Notes under the pieces: model-generated
What the model was told of the DNA's origin: nothing
What the model saw: the letters and a program-made list of their open reading frames with translations, nothing else
The model's database searches: none
In this document: positions 19,680 through 28,264 of the stretch, piece after piece
Layout of the letters: each line of letters begins with the position of its first letter
How positions within the stretch are numbered: the first letter of the stretch is position 1
Made by a program: the position numbers and the translations under genes
From: Alphaproteobacteria bacterium
GTDB lineage: Bacteria; Pseudomonadota; Alphaproteobacteria; Micavibrionales; Micavibrionaceae
Direction of reading: 5' to 3'
DNA length: 64,000 bases
Assembly (NCBI GenBank): GCA_050633505.1
Contig: JBOEGQ010000007.1
Span: 13,921-77,920 of the forward strand

Positions 19680-22484
19680 ATGAGCGATACAAACACAGAT
19701 GAATTATTCCTGATCGACGGATCAGGCTTTATTTTCCGCGCCTATTTTGCGATGGCATATTCACGGCAAAGCGGTATGACCAACCCCGAAGGCGTCGAAG
19801 TCGGTGCGGTATATGGCTATACCAACATGATTATGAAGATGATCCGTGATTATCACGCCCCCTATATGGCGGTGATTTTTGATACAGCGCGCAAGAATTT
19901 TCGCAACGATATTTATGCAGAGTATAAAGCCAATCGCGATGAAACACCGGAAGATCTCATTCCACAATTTCCCCTTATCCGTGAGGCAACACGCGCGTTT
20001 GACATTCCCGCGCTAGAAATGGATGGGTATGAAGCCGATGATTTGATTGCGGCCTATGCCAAAAAGGCCAAAGAAGCTGGTAAGAAAGTTGTTATTGTCT
20101 CATCCGATAAGGATTTGATGCAGTTGGTTGGAGATGGCGTACGCATGCTTGACCCGATGAAAAGCAAATGGATCGAAGAAGAACAAGTTATCGAGAAATT
20201 TGGTGTCCCGCCAAACCGTGTTGTGGATGTGCAATCCCTCGCGGGTGATAGTGTCGATAATGTACCAGGTGTACCCGGTATAGGTATTAAGACCGCCGCG
20301 CAGCTTATCAATGAATATGGCTCACTTGATGAACTTTTGGCACGTGCAGAAGAAATTAAACAACCTAAACGCCGCGAGAAGCTGGTCAATCACGCGGAAG
20401 ATGCGCGCATATCGCGTCAACTTGTGCAGTTGGATGAGGATGCGCCTTTACCTACCCCGCTAGAGGAACTGAAAACGCATGACCCTGATAAACCTGAGCT
20501 CATGGCCTTTTTACAAAAACAGGCCTTTAACTCAATCATAAAACGCTTGGGTGGTGAGGTGGTCAGTGCGCCAAAGCCAACAATCGAAACAGATAAGAAT
20601 GCAGCCATTGAAGAAGAAATATTTCCGGCCGCAGCAGAAAATCAATACACGCTTATCAATGATGAAAAAACGCTGCAAGAGTGGTTAAGCACTGCCGAGC
20701 AAGAAGGCATGCTTGCCATCGATACGGAAACGACCAGCCTAACCCCCGCAAAGGCCGATTTGGTGGGTATATCAATTGCGTCACAAATTGGTAAGGCGGC
20801 CTATATCCCGCTTGGCCATGTGCAAGAGACAGACCTGTTCGGGATGGCAAATGATGACCAAACACCGCAAATGGATAAAGCAAAAGCCATTGCCCTACTC
20901 AAACCGGTCTTAGAAGATCCGTCGGTGTTAAAGGTCGGTCATAACATGAAATATGATTGGCAAATTCTGGCAAAAGAAGGTGTTCATATTACGCCATGCG
21001 ATGACACGATGCTTATCTCTTATGTATTGGATGGGGCGAAACATCGCCACTCTATGGATAGTTTGTCAGAGCTTTACTGCGATCATAGCCCGATCAAATA
21101 TGAAGAGGTTGCCGGCAAAGGCAAAACGCAAGTGACTTTTGATAAGGTCGCAATTCAAGATGCACTCACCTACGCCGCAGAAGACGCAGAAATTACACTG
21201 CGCCTGCACAAAATTCTAAAACCACGTTTGGCGCGTGAAAAAATGGTCAGTGTTTACGAAACGATTGAACGTCCGCTCATTCCTATCATTGCACAAATGG
21301 AATTAGACGGCGTCAAAGTTGACCCGAAGAAACTCCACGAAATGAGTGAGGACTTTGGCCAGCAGCTAACCACATTAGAACAAGAAATTTACGATCTGGC
21401 AGAGCGTGAGTTCAATATCGCATCCCCTAAACAGGTGGGTGAAGTGCTATTTGATGAAATGGGTTTGCAAGGCGGTAAAAAAACAAAGACAGGAACATAC
21501 TCAACGTCTGTAGATGTGTTAGAAAAGTTAGCCTTAGAGGGGCACGAAATTGTTCAAAAAATATTGGATTACCGTGGTCTTGCCAAGTTAAAATCAACCT
21601 ATACAGATGCATTGCAGGGAGAAATAAACCCAAAAACAGGGCGTGTTCATACCTCATACAACATGGTCGGAACAAGCACAGGACGCTTATCATCCTCCAA
21701 CCCTAACTTGCAGAACATCCCTATACGTACTGAGGAAGGACGCAAAATCCGTGAGGCCTTTATTGCGGACGATGGAAACATCATTGTATCTGTTGACTAT
21801 TCGCAAGTAGAATTACGCCTTGCCGCAGAAATGGCAGATGTAGAAGCACTCAAAAAAGCATTCCAAGATGGCGTGGATATTCATAGCCTCACCGCATCAC
21901 GCGTCTTTGATGTCCCCTTAGAAGATGTCAGTCCCGAAATCCGCAGACAGGCAAAGGCTGTTAATTTTGGTATTATCTATGGTATTTCAGGCTTTGGCTT
22001 GGCAAAGCAGCTTGGCTGTCCGGTTGGTCAGGCCAGTGATTTTATAAAACGTTATCTCGCGCGTTTTCACGAAATTGAAAGCTATATGGAGACCACAAAA
22101 GAAGAGGCAAAGCGCGATGGCTATGTTTCCACTCTGTATGGGCGCAAATGTTTTATTCCCGGAATTCAGGACAAAAACCAGATGCGTGTACGCGGCGCAG
22201 AGCGTCAAGCGATCAATGCGCCACTTCAAGGAACAGCCGCAGACATCATGAAAATTGCAATGGCACGTATGCCCGACATTCTAATATCAAACAATTTATC
22301 CGCAAAAATGCTTTTACAGGTTCATGATGAGCTTATTTTTGAAGTTCCGGCCTCTGAATTAGACAAAACAATAGAAATCATAAAAGATTCTATGGAAAAC
22401 TCATTTAAGATCAATGGGATATCCATATCCGTGCCACTTGATGCCGAAGGTGGCTCAGGGAAAAATTGGGCTGAAGCTCATTAA
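19680..22484 (+). CDS. polA: DNA polymerase I
   Basis: 5'-nuclease, 3'-5' exonuclease (LAIDTETTSL) and polymerase domains, with motif A DYSQVELR and motif C QVHDELIFE. The start is set at the ATG (MSDTN). Confidence 0.97.
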   Translation: MSDTNTDELFLIDGSGFIFRAYFAMAYSRQSGMTNPEGVEVGAVYGYTNMIMKMIRDYHAPYMAVIFDTARKNFRNDIYAEYKANRDETPEDLIPQFPLIREATRAFDIPALEMDGYEADDLIAAYAKKAKEAGKKVVIVSSDKDLMQLVGDGVRMLDPMKSKWIEEEQVIEKFGVPPNRVVDVQSLAGDSVDNVPGVPGIGIKTAAQLINEYGSLDELLARAEEIKQPKRREKLVNHAEDARISRQLVQLDEDAPLPTPLEELKTHDPDKPELMAFLQKQAFNSIIKRLGGEVVSAPKPTIETDKNAAIEEEIFPAAAENQYTLINDEKTLQEWLSTAEQEGMLAIDTETTSLTPAKADLVGISIASQIGKAAYIPLGHVQETDLFGMANDDQTPQMDKAKAIALLKPVLEDPSVLKVGHNMKYDWQILAKEGVHITPCDDTMLISYVLDGAKHRHSMDSLSELYCDHSPIKYEEVAGKGKTQVTFDKVAIQDALTYAAEDAEITLRLHKILKPRLAREKMVSVYETIERPLIPIIAQMELDGVKVDPKKLHEMSEDFGQQLTTLEQEIYDLAEREFNIASPKQVGEVLFDEMGLQGGKKTKTGTYSTSVDVLEKLALEGHEIVQKILDYRGLAKLKSTYTDALQGEINPKTGRVHTSYNMVGTSTGRLSSSNPNLQNIPIRTEEGRKIREAFIADDGNIIVSVDYSQVELRLAAEMADVEALKKAFQDGVDIHSLTASRVFDVPLEDVSPEIRRQAKAVNFGIIYGISGFGLAKQLGCPVGQASDFIKRYLARFHEIESYMETTKEEAKRDGYVSTLYGRKCFIPGIQDKNQMRVRGAERQAINAPLQGTAADIMKIAMARMPDILISNNLSAKMLLQVHDELIFEVPASELDKTIEIIKDSMENSFKINGISISVPLDAEGGSGKNWAEAH

Positions 22485-22541
22485 ATCACCTCCTAAATAC
22501 ATAAAAAATGCACTTTAATGCAGAAAATACGTATTTTTATG

Positions 22542-22573
22542 TTGACATAACTTTCCATATTGCGGTATATAAT
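22542..22573 (+). promoter_or_regulatory. sigma70-like promoter candidate for the downstream hairpin RNA
   Basis: TTGACA (22542-22547) and TATATAAT (22566-22573). The spacer is 18 nt to TATATA or 20 nt to TATAAT. Confidence 0.45.
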
Positions 22574-22579
22574 TGTCAT

Positions 22580-22760
22580 ACCGTAACGGATTGTTTATCC
22601 CCACACACTTAAACAATCATAGCGGATAAAAAAATATTTGAGATCTGAATATCTCCCCACACACATATTCAGATCTCAAATAAGAATAAATACAGTTCCC
22701 CACACACGGAAAGTTGAGGCCGTTCTTAGTTTACTAAGGGCGGTCTCGCTGTATGTGCGC
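22580..22760 (+). ncRNA. candidate multi-hairpin sRNA with three TCCCCACACAC motifs (strand uncertain)
   Basis: Hairpin 1 has a 9-bp stem (22589-22597/22610-22618) and loop UCCCCACACACU. Hairpin 2 has a 16-18-bp stem (22637-22652/22665-22680) and loop CUCCCCACACAC. A third motif copy at 22697-22707 is followed by a hairpin of about 14 bp (22716-22747). The motif is identical in all three copies while the stems are unrelated. Confidence 0.5.
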
Positions 22761-22786
22761 ATCTGTTATTCATTAAAATAAAGAGA

Positions 22787-23698
22787 TTATTTTTCAAATT
22801 TTCCGGCGGCAATAATATAATTATTTTTGCTATCCTGCACTAAAATGGCGAAGCCCTTCGACGTTTCATTCATCTTCGGATAAAAGGACATAACTTTGAT
22901 TTGCCCACTCCATTTCCCTAAAAAACCGGCCTTGGACACAACGTTATAATAGGTCAGATCTTTCCCTATATTTGCACCATCGGCAATCCTATGCTGTATT
23001 GGGGGCTCATACACCAAAAGCCAAATTGTATACTCCCCTGCCGATGCATAGGGTAAAATCACAGAAAACATCCCCTCTTCTTGCTTACGAATACTCACTG
23101 GTAAGAAAGGCTTTTGCATTGCCTTGTTCAATGCCAAGGACACTTCCTCTTCATGATAACCTACCGCATCATAACGCCCGTTCATAACCATTTGCGGCGT
23201 GTATTTAGGCCCAATATTCAATGAGTGTTCATAGGCAATTTGACGTGTAGAACAAATTGGTAATGATAAGGACCCTTCACGCACATCAAAATAATCAACA
23301 TGACATGACAAGGCGATAATATTCTCACGCGCGATAAAGTCCTTCATAACTTCATCTGCCTTAGGACAAAATGTACAGGCCTGCGTCGAGAATAGCTCCA
23401 GAACAATACCACTTGCGGCATTCTTCATATCAGGAAGTAAGGGCAATACTTCTCTTACTTGAGATTTAGAGGGAACCACACTGTCTTGTGGCGGTTTGAT
23501 AATATCACGTTTTTTTTGCTGTACCTCTGGTGCAGCAGGCACAGGTAAGGCCTCTATCGCCACCCCCTCCACCGGCACAGCAGGCGGCAAGTCAATCTCA
23601 GCCACAGCAGAGAAAGACACAAAAAGACCACAGGCCACCATTAAAAAAAACGTACGAAATTCTTTCATAACATACACAGATATAATATAGCGCATCAC
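22787..23698 (-). CDS. DUF1223 family thioredoxin-like secreted protein
   Basis: ELFSTQACTFCPKAD matches the DUF1223 ELF(T/S)SQGCSSCPPAD core. It has an N-terminal signal/TM and a Pro-rich spacer. The start may be MKEFRTF at 23668. Confidence 0.75.
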   Translation of the reverse strand: MMRYIISVYVMKEFRTFFLMVACGLFVSFSAVAEIDLPPAVPVEGVAIEALPVPAAPEVQQKKRDIIKPPQDSVVPSKSQVREVLPLLPDMKNAASGIVLELFSTQACTFCPKADEVMKDFIARENIIALSCHVDYFDVREGSLSLPICSTRQIAYEHSLNIGPKYTPQMVMNGRYDAVGYHEEEVSLALNKAMQKPFLPVSIRKQEEGMFSVILPYASAGEYTIWLLVYEPPIQHRIADGANIGKDLTYYNVVSKAGFLGKWSGQIKVMSFYPKMNETSKGFAILVQDSKNNYIIAAGKFEK

Positions 23699-23853
23699 AC
23701 ATGAAAACAGATCTTTAATTTTCTCTTGCTTTTACCAGTAGATAATGTGTATAAACTGTGCTGATCTGTATTGATTTACAGATTCTGTGACCTGGCCAAA
23801 ATCGACTGCCTCGGATCACATATGTTGGAACCCTTTAATTTAAGGAGATAAAA

Positions 23854-24102
23854 ATGTCGAAGATGAAAACGCACTCCAGTGCAAAAAAGCGGTTCAAAGT
23901 GACCGCAAAGGGCCGAGTAAAGTCTAAAGCAGCCTTTACAAGCCACATGATGATGAACAAGCCAAAATCTATGAAACGCAAAGCACGTGGCCTTGATGTT
24001 ATATGTGAAGCGGATGAGCGCATTGTTCTTCGTAACTTTCTACCTTACAGCCGTAAGCGCAAATCAAAGCCTTACGCAAAGAAAACTGAAGGGGAGAAAT
24101 AG
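23854..24102 (+). CDS. rpmI: 50S ribosomal protein L35 (with a C-terminal basic extension)
   Basis: MSKMKTHSSAKKRFKVTAKGRVK matches the L35 N-terminus and AAGGAG lies upstream. It is 82 aa against roughly 65 aa usually. Confidence 0.9.
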   Translation: MSKMKTHSSAKKRFKVTAKGRVKSKAAFTSHMMMNKPKSMKRKARGLDVICEADERIVLRNFLPYSRKRKSKPYAKKTEGEK

Positions 24103-24105
24103 ACC

Positions 24106-24480
24106 ATGGCACGTGTAAAAGGTGGCGCAAGAGCGCATGCAAGACACAAAAAAGTTATTAAACAGGCAAAAGGGTATTACGGCCGCCGTAAAAACTGTTT
24201 CCGCACCGCGGTTCAAGCAGTTGAAAAAGCCGGTCAATATGCTTACCGTGACCGCCGCGTAAAGAAACGTGAATTCCGCCGTCTGTGGATCCAGCGTATC
24301 AACGCAGCCGCGCGTATCCACGGCCTGACATATTCTACATTTATGAATGGTGTAAAGCTAAGTGGTATTGAACTTGACCGTAAGGTTTTGTCTGACATCG
24401 CTATCCGTGAGCCTGAGCAATTCGCAGCAATCGTCAAGACAGCTGCCTCCGCTTTAGACAAAGCGAAAAAAGCAGCTTAA
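24106..24480 (+). CDS. rplT: 50S ribosomal protein L20
   Basis: [30 protein letters not shown] matches the L20 N-terminus, 3 nt after rpmI. Confidence 0.97.
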   Translation: MARVKGGARAHARHKKVIKQAKGYYGRRKNCFRTAVQAVEKAGQYAYRDRRVKKREFRRLWIQRINAAARIHGLTYSTFMNGVKLSGIELDRKVLSDIAIREPEQFAAIVKTAASALDKAKKAA

Positions 24481-24513
24481 TTGCTTTTGCGCAAATTATA
24501 AGATTTTAAGAGC

Positions 24514-24541
24514 AGCCACCTGATTATGGGTGGCTTCTTTT
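24514..24541 (+). terminator. Rho-independent terminator after rplT
   Basis: AGCCACC-loop-GGTGGCT followed by TCTTTTC. Confidence 0.7.
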
Positions 24542-24641
24542 CGTTGACACAGAACATAGCCTTTAGAGGAAAGCCAAGATACCCCTGTCCTCATATTCTG
24601 GTTATGCTATAAAACATAGGAATGTATGAGAAGGACTATAC

Positions 24642-25319
24642 GTGGATCGCAAACTCGCCATTTTTGACTGGAACGGCACATTAATTGCCGATACGCGCCA
24701 AGCATGGATTGCCTCTAATGAATGTCTTAAATTCTATGGCGTAGAGCCCATCAGCTTTCAACATCAACTAGAAACATTCGACTTCCCGATTATCCACTAT
24801 TTTAAGCGTAACGGCGTATGTGTGGACAGGTTATTAGAAACAAAATCTGAATCGAATGAAATTTTTCAAAGCAATTATGATCGGCTGGCCGCAAATGCAC
24901 GCACAAGACGCGGCACGAGACAGCTTTTAGACTGGCTTACAGATAATGGCGTAACATGCATGATCTTAAGCAATTATCTCGTTCCCAAAATCGAACACCA
25001 TTTAGAACGTCTGGGCATTCGTCAGTACTTCTCATACATCTCGGCAAATAATTGCGACGGCACAAGTATCCTTAATTCCACCAGTAAACTGGAAAGGCTG
25101 TCAGATTTCATGATTAAGCGTAGCTACCACGCCGGCGATGCTTTCATTATCGGAGATAGCAAGGAAGAACCCGACATTGGTCGTCACATGAACATTACCT
25201 CTATCGGCATTACCGGCGGGTGTATTAGCGCCCCACGCCTACGTGCAGCAAAACCAGATCATGTCATCACCGCCCTCCCCCAAGCCATTGATATTTTACG
25301 GGAGAAGTGGAGTTTATAG
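24642..25319 (+). CDS. HAD-superfamily hydrolase with variant motif I (DWNGT)
   Basis: LAIFDWNGTLIAD (motif I), ILSN (motif II) and IIGDSKEEPD (motif IV-like). GTG start. Confidence 0.8.
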   Translation: MDRKLAIFDWNGTLIADTRQAWIASNECLKFYGVEPISFQHQLETFDFPIIHYFKRNGVCVDRLLETKSESNEIFQSNYDRLAANARTRRGTRQLLDWLTDNGVTCMILSNYLVPKIEHHLERLGIRQYFSYISANNCDGTSILNSTSKLERLSDFMIKRSYHAGDAFIIGDSKEEPDIGRHMNITSIGITGGCISAPRLRAAKPDHVITALPQAIDILREKWSL

Positions 25320-25321
25320 GA

Positions 25322-26068
25322 CTATTGACCAGTCTCGATACGGGTTTCCCACCCATCATAATCACCGCCAAGCTCTGCCGCCTTACGATTGATCGAAACT
25401 GTATATGGAGAAACATCCCATAGATGTGCAGCCCCCGTATGAGAGAATTGCACCATATAGCCCTCGCCCTTCTCAACTGCCCCTTGATACGTAATCGTGT
25501 AGCCCTCTTCTTTCGCCCAATCGGCAAAACCAACCGATGCATTTTGTACCGTGAAATATGCCCAATGCATAATCTCCCGTTTGGTTTCCGGATTATCACC
25601 GTGCTCAGCCAGCGCATCTAATACCTGCATATCTTTAATAACCCGCCAATCATCTTGCGTGGGGTATAGCTCATTCCAATAAAACTGTTTTTCTATATCT
25701 TCTTGATACGTATACTCAATTTTATATCCCGCTTTCTGTTCAGCATCCGCGATAACTGGTTTTAGCTGCTCTTCAGTTATATCCAGATAATAATAGAAGT
25801 ATCGATGACCACGCACCGTGACACGCCCGATATAAACACCATTTAGCTTGGCAATGTTATCTTCTAATAACTCATCCAGCGCCGTAATTTTCGGGAACTC
25901 TTCATTGGTTGGCATACCATTTTCGTCGGCCTCCTGAAAGGCCACACCCACACGAAAGATATAGTGCCGCGGATCAGCCTCTGCAACCTCTGCATAACCA
26001 TTATTAAAGACTATCCATGCCTGATCTTCACCCATTGTCACCGGAAACATGTGCCATGCATCAATCAT
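25322..26068 (-). CDS. DUF695 / RraB-like (regulator of ribonuclease activity B) two-domain protein
   Basis: The N-terminal half resembles DUF695 (family TIGR01619). The C-terminal half (DWRVIKDMQVLDALAEHGDNPETKREIMHWAYF) resembles RraB. Confidence 0.65.
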   Translation of the reverse strand: MIDAWHMFPVTMGEDQAWIVFNNGYAEVAEADPRHYIFRVGVAFQEADENGMPTNEEFPKITALDELLEDNIAKLNGVYIGRVTVRGHRYFYYYLDITEEQLKPVIADAEQKAGYKIEYTYQEDIEKQFYWNELYPTQDDWRVIKDMQVLDALAEHGDNPETKREIMHWAYFTVQNASVGFADWAKEEGYTITYQGAVEKGEGYMVQFSHTGAAHLWDVSPYTVSINRKAAELGGDYDGWETRIETGQ

Positions 26069-26174
26069 TCAAATCCTCCTTTTTCCCTACGAGAGCAAAC
26101 TATCACAGCTTTGCCTGCAAATCCTCTGTATTTGTGCTTTATTTTTCAGGCCATCTCGTGTTAAATCATCCACC

Positions 26175-27281
26175 ATGATGACTGATATACAAAATTTAAA
26201 AACTGAGCTTTCTCAGGAAATAGAAGCAACAAGCGATCTTAAAACTCTAGATGATGTGCGTGTCACCGTCCTTGGAAAAAAAGGGCGTATCACTGCACTT
26301 ATGAAAACCTTGGGTAAAATGGATCCGGAAGAGCGTAAAACAAAGGGACAAGCCTTAAATGTGCTAAAGGATGAAATTGCTGAGTTAATCAAAACACAAG
26401 AAAGTGCTTTGAAAAAGCAAGAGATGGATGCACGCCTTGCAACAGAAACCATCGACATTACACTAGATTCACGCCAGCGTAGTACCGGGCACATCCACCC
26501 TATTTCCCAAACAATTGAAGAGCTCACGACCATTTTTGCGGATATGGGATTTTCTGTTGCAGAAGGCCCGGATATTGAAGACGATTATTATAACTTCACC
26601 GCCCTAAACTTCCCGCCGGGACATCCCGCACGCGAGATGCAAGATACATTCTTCTTACCCGATGATCAGGAAGAACAAGGCGAGCATATAAAGAAGCTAT
26701 TACGCACCCACACATCCAGCGTACAAATCCGTCACATGCAGAATAATCAACCACCGCATAAAATCATTTGCTTTGGTCGCACATACAGATCTGATTATGA
26801 TATGACACACACGCCAATGTTCCACCAAATGGAAGGGCTTATGATCGATAAAGCCACCCATATGGGGCACTTGAAGGGCTGTTTACAGGACTTTGTTCGC
26901 GCCTTCTTTGAAATCGATGACTTACGCGTTCAGTTCCGCCCAAGCTTTTTCCCCTTTGTTGAACCGGGCGCAGAGATGGACATTGCATGTTCCCGTAAAG
27001 ATGGTGGACTAAAAATTGGTGCGAATAAAGACGGCTCAGTAGAGAGTTGGATGGAAATTCTAGGATGCGGTATGGTACACCCGAATGTCCTCAAGAATTG
27101 CGGCCTTGATCCGCAAGAATATCAGGGGTTTGCCTTCGGTATGGGGATTGAGCGTATGGCCATGTTAAAATACGGTATTCCTGATTTACGAACATTCTAT
27201 GAGAGTGACGTGCGCTGGCTTGAACATTACGGATTTGACCCACTTGAACGTCCAAACAGTGCCACAGGTGTGAAGACATAG
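26175..27281 (+). CDS. pheS: phenylalanine--tRNA ligase alpha subunit
   Basis: Class II aaRS motifs (HPAREMQDTFF, FRPSFFPFVEPGAEMD, GFAFGMGIERMAML). The start is trimmed to the MMTDIQ ATG at 26175, because the track ORF start overlaps the convergent upstream gene. Confidence 0.96.
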   Translation: MMTDIQNLKTELSQEIEATSDLKTLDDVRVTVLGKKGRITALMKTLGKMDPEERKTKGQALNVLKDEIAELIKTQESALKKQEMDARLATETIDITLDSRQRSTGHIHPISQTIEELTTIFADMGFSVAEGPDIEDDYYNFTALNFPPGHPAREMQDTFFLPDDQEEQGEHIKKLLRTHTSSVQIRHMQNNQPPHKIICFGRTYRSDYDMTHTPMFHQMEGLMIDKATHMGHLKGCLQDFVRAFFEIDDLRVQFRPSFFPFVEPGAEMDIACSRKDGGLKIGANKDGSVESWMEILGCGMVHPNVLKNCGLDPQEYQGFAFGMGIERMAMLKYGIPDLRTFYESDVRWLEHYGFDPLERPNSATGVKT

Positions 27282-27293
27282 GAATCTTGTACA

Positions 27294-27818
27294 ATGTATC
27301 GGTGGACAGTATGTGACCCCTTAAAAGAGCACATCATAGAAAAGGGAGATATTGACAGATCGGACATCATGGAAACATTCCAAACATTTCCATGGGAAGA
27401 CATGCTCAAAAAGGCAGACAACGCACAAAAAAATGAGATATATTACAATCCCTCACTAGAATTTGAAAATACACGCAACAAAAGCGGCATTGTTATCAGC
27501 GCAATTGAAATGGGTGAGAACCTCAGTAGCAATGATTCTATTTTTTATGTATTTCATAAAAAACCACACCAACCTGATGACCTGTCTTATGACCTTGTAG
27601 ATCAATCTTTTGATAATGCACGTGAAATATTACAGGATTTTGTGAATGAAAAATATGACATTCTGGAAAGAAGGTTTAGTGATGAAAGACACACTGCAAA
27701 ACATCGAAAATCAGGTACGCCTGATAATTACGTGACATTGTTTGGGTCTGAGCATGGCCCCATCATACTGATTGTTATCTTTTTAATCCTATTTTTTCTC
27801 TTTGGCCTTATATCATGA
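27294..27818 (+). CDS. hypothetical protein with a C-terminal TM anchor
   Basis: 174 aa with a single C-terminal hydrophobic helix (GPIILIVIFLILFFLFGLI). Its stop overlaps the next start in ATGA. I recognise no family. Confidence 0.5.
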   Translation: MYRWTVCDPLKEHIIEKGDIDRSDIMETFQTFPWEDMLKKADNAQKNEIYYNPSLEFENTRNKSGIVISAIEMGENLSSNDSIFYVFHKKPHQPDDLSYDLVDQSFDNAREILQDFVNEKYDILERRFSDERHTAKHRKSGTPDNYVTLFGSEHGPIILIVIFLILFFLFGLIS

Positions 27819-28264
27819 ACCGTTTAATTATCAGACCATTAAAAGAGGACGACTATGAAAAGTGGCTACCTCTTTGGGATGGCAATAATTTAGGCCAACG
27901 TGACGATGCCGTCACCGCCAGCACTTGGGCACGGCTCTGCAATCCTGATAATCACATGGTGAATGGGCTATGTGCAGAAATGGGTGATGATTTCTGTGGT
28001 ATCACACATTACATCCTGCACAACACCACCGGACAATTAAATCCGGTTTGCTATATGCAAGATGTATATGTCGATCCACCGCACAGAAGACGTGGTATAG
28101 GCCGCCGTCTTGTAAACAGGATCACGGAAATCGGCAAGGAAGAAGAATGGGCGCGACTATACTGGCTTACACAAGAAGGTAATCTTGAAGCAAAAGCCAT
28201 GTACGAGAATTTTGGTATAAAACTGGATTTTACGTTTTACGTCCTGCCCATCACGCAGAGCTAG
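27815..28264 (+). CDS. GNAT family N-acetyltransferase
   Basis: 149 aa with the acetyl-CoA-binding motif VDPPHRRRGIGRRLV and the C-terminal A..MYENFGI. Confidence 0.85.
   Translation: MNRLIIRPLKEDDYEKWLPLWDGNNLGQRDDAVTASTWARLCNPDNHMVNGLCAEMGDDFCGITHYILHNTTGQLNPVCYMQDVYVDPPHRRRGIGRRLVNRITEIGKEEEWARLYWLTQEGNLEAKAMYENFGIKLDFTFYVLPITQS

Noticed and set aside
22637-22680. Treating the central 16-18-bp hairpin simply as the terminator of the DUF1223 gene
   Set aside because: This is plausible on the minus strand, where a U-run follows. It does not explain the identical 11-mer in two other positions with unrelated stems, nor the consensus promoter on the plus strand. The alternative is noted in the finding rather than adopted.
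26049-26174. N-terminal 42-codon extension of pheS in the ORF track
   Set aside because: The extension overlaps the end of the convergent DUF695/RraB-like gene and is not PheS-like. The conserved PheS sequence begins at the MMTDIQ ATG (26175).
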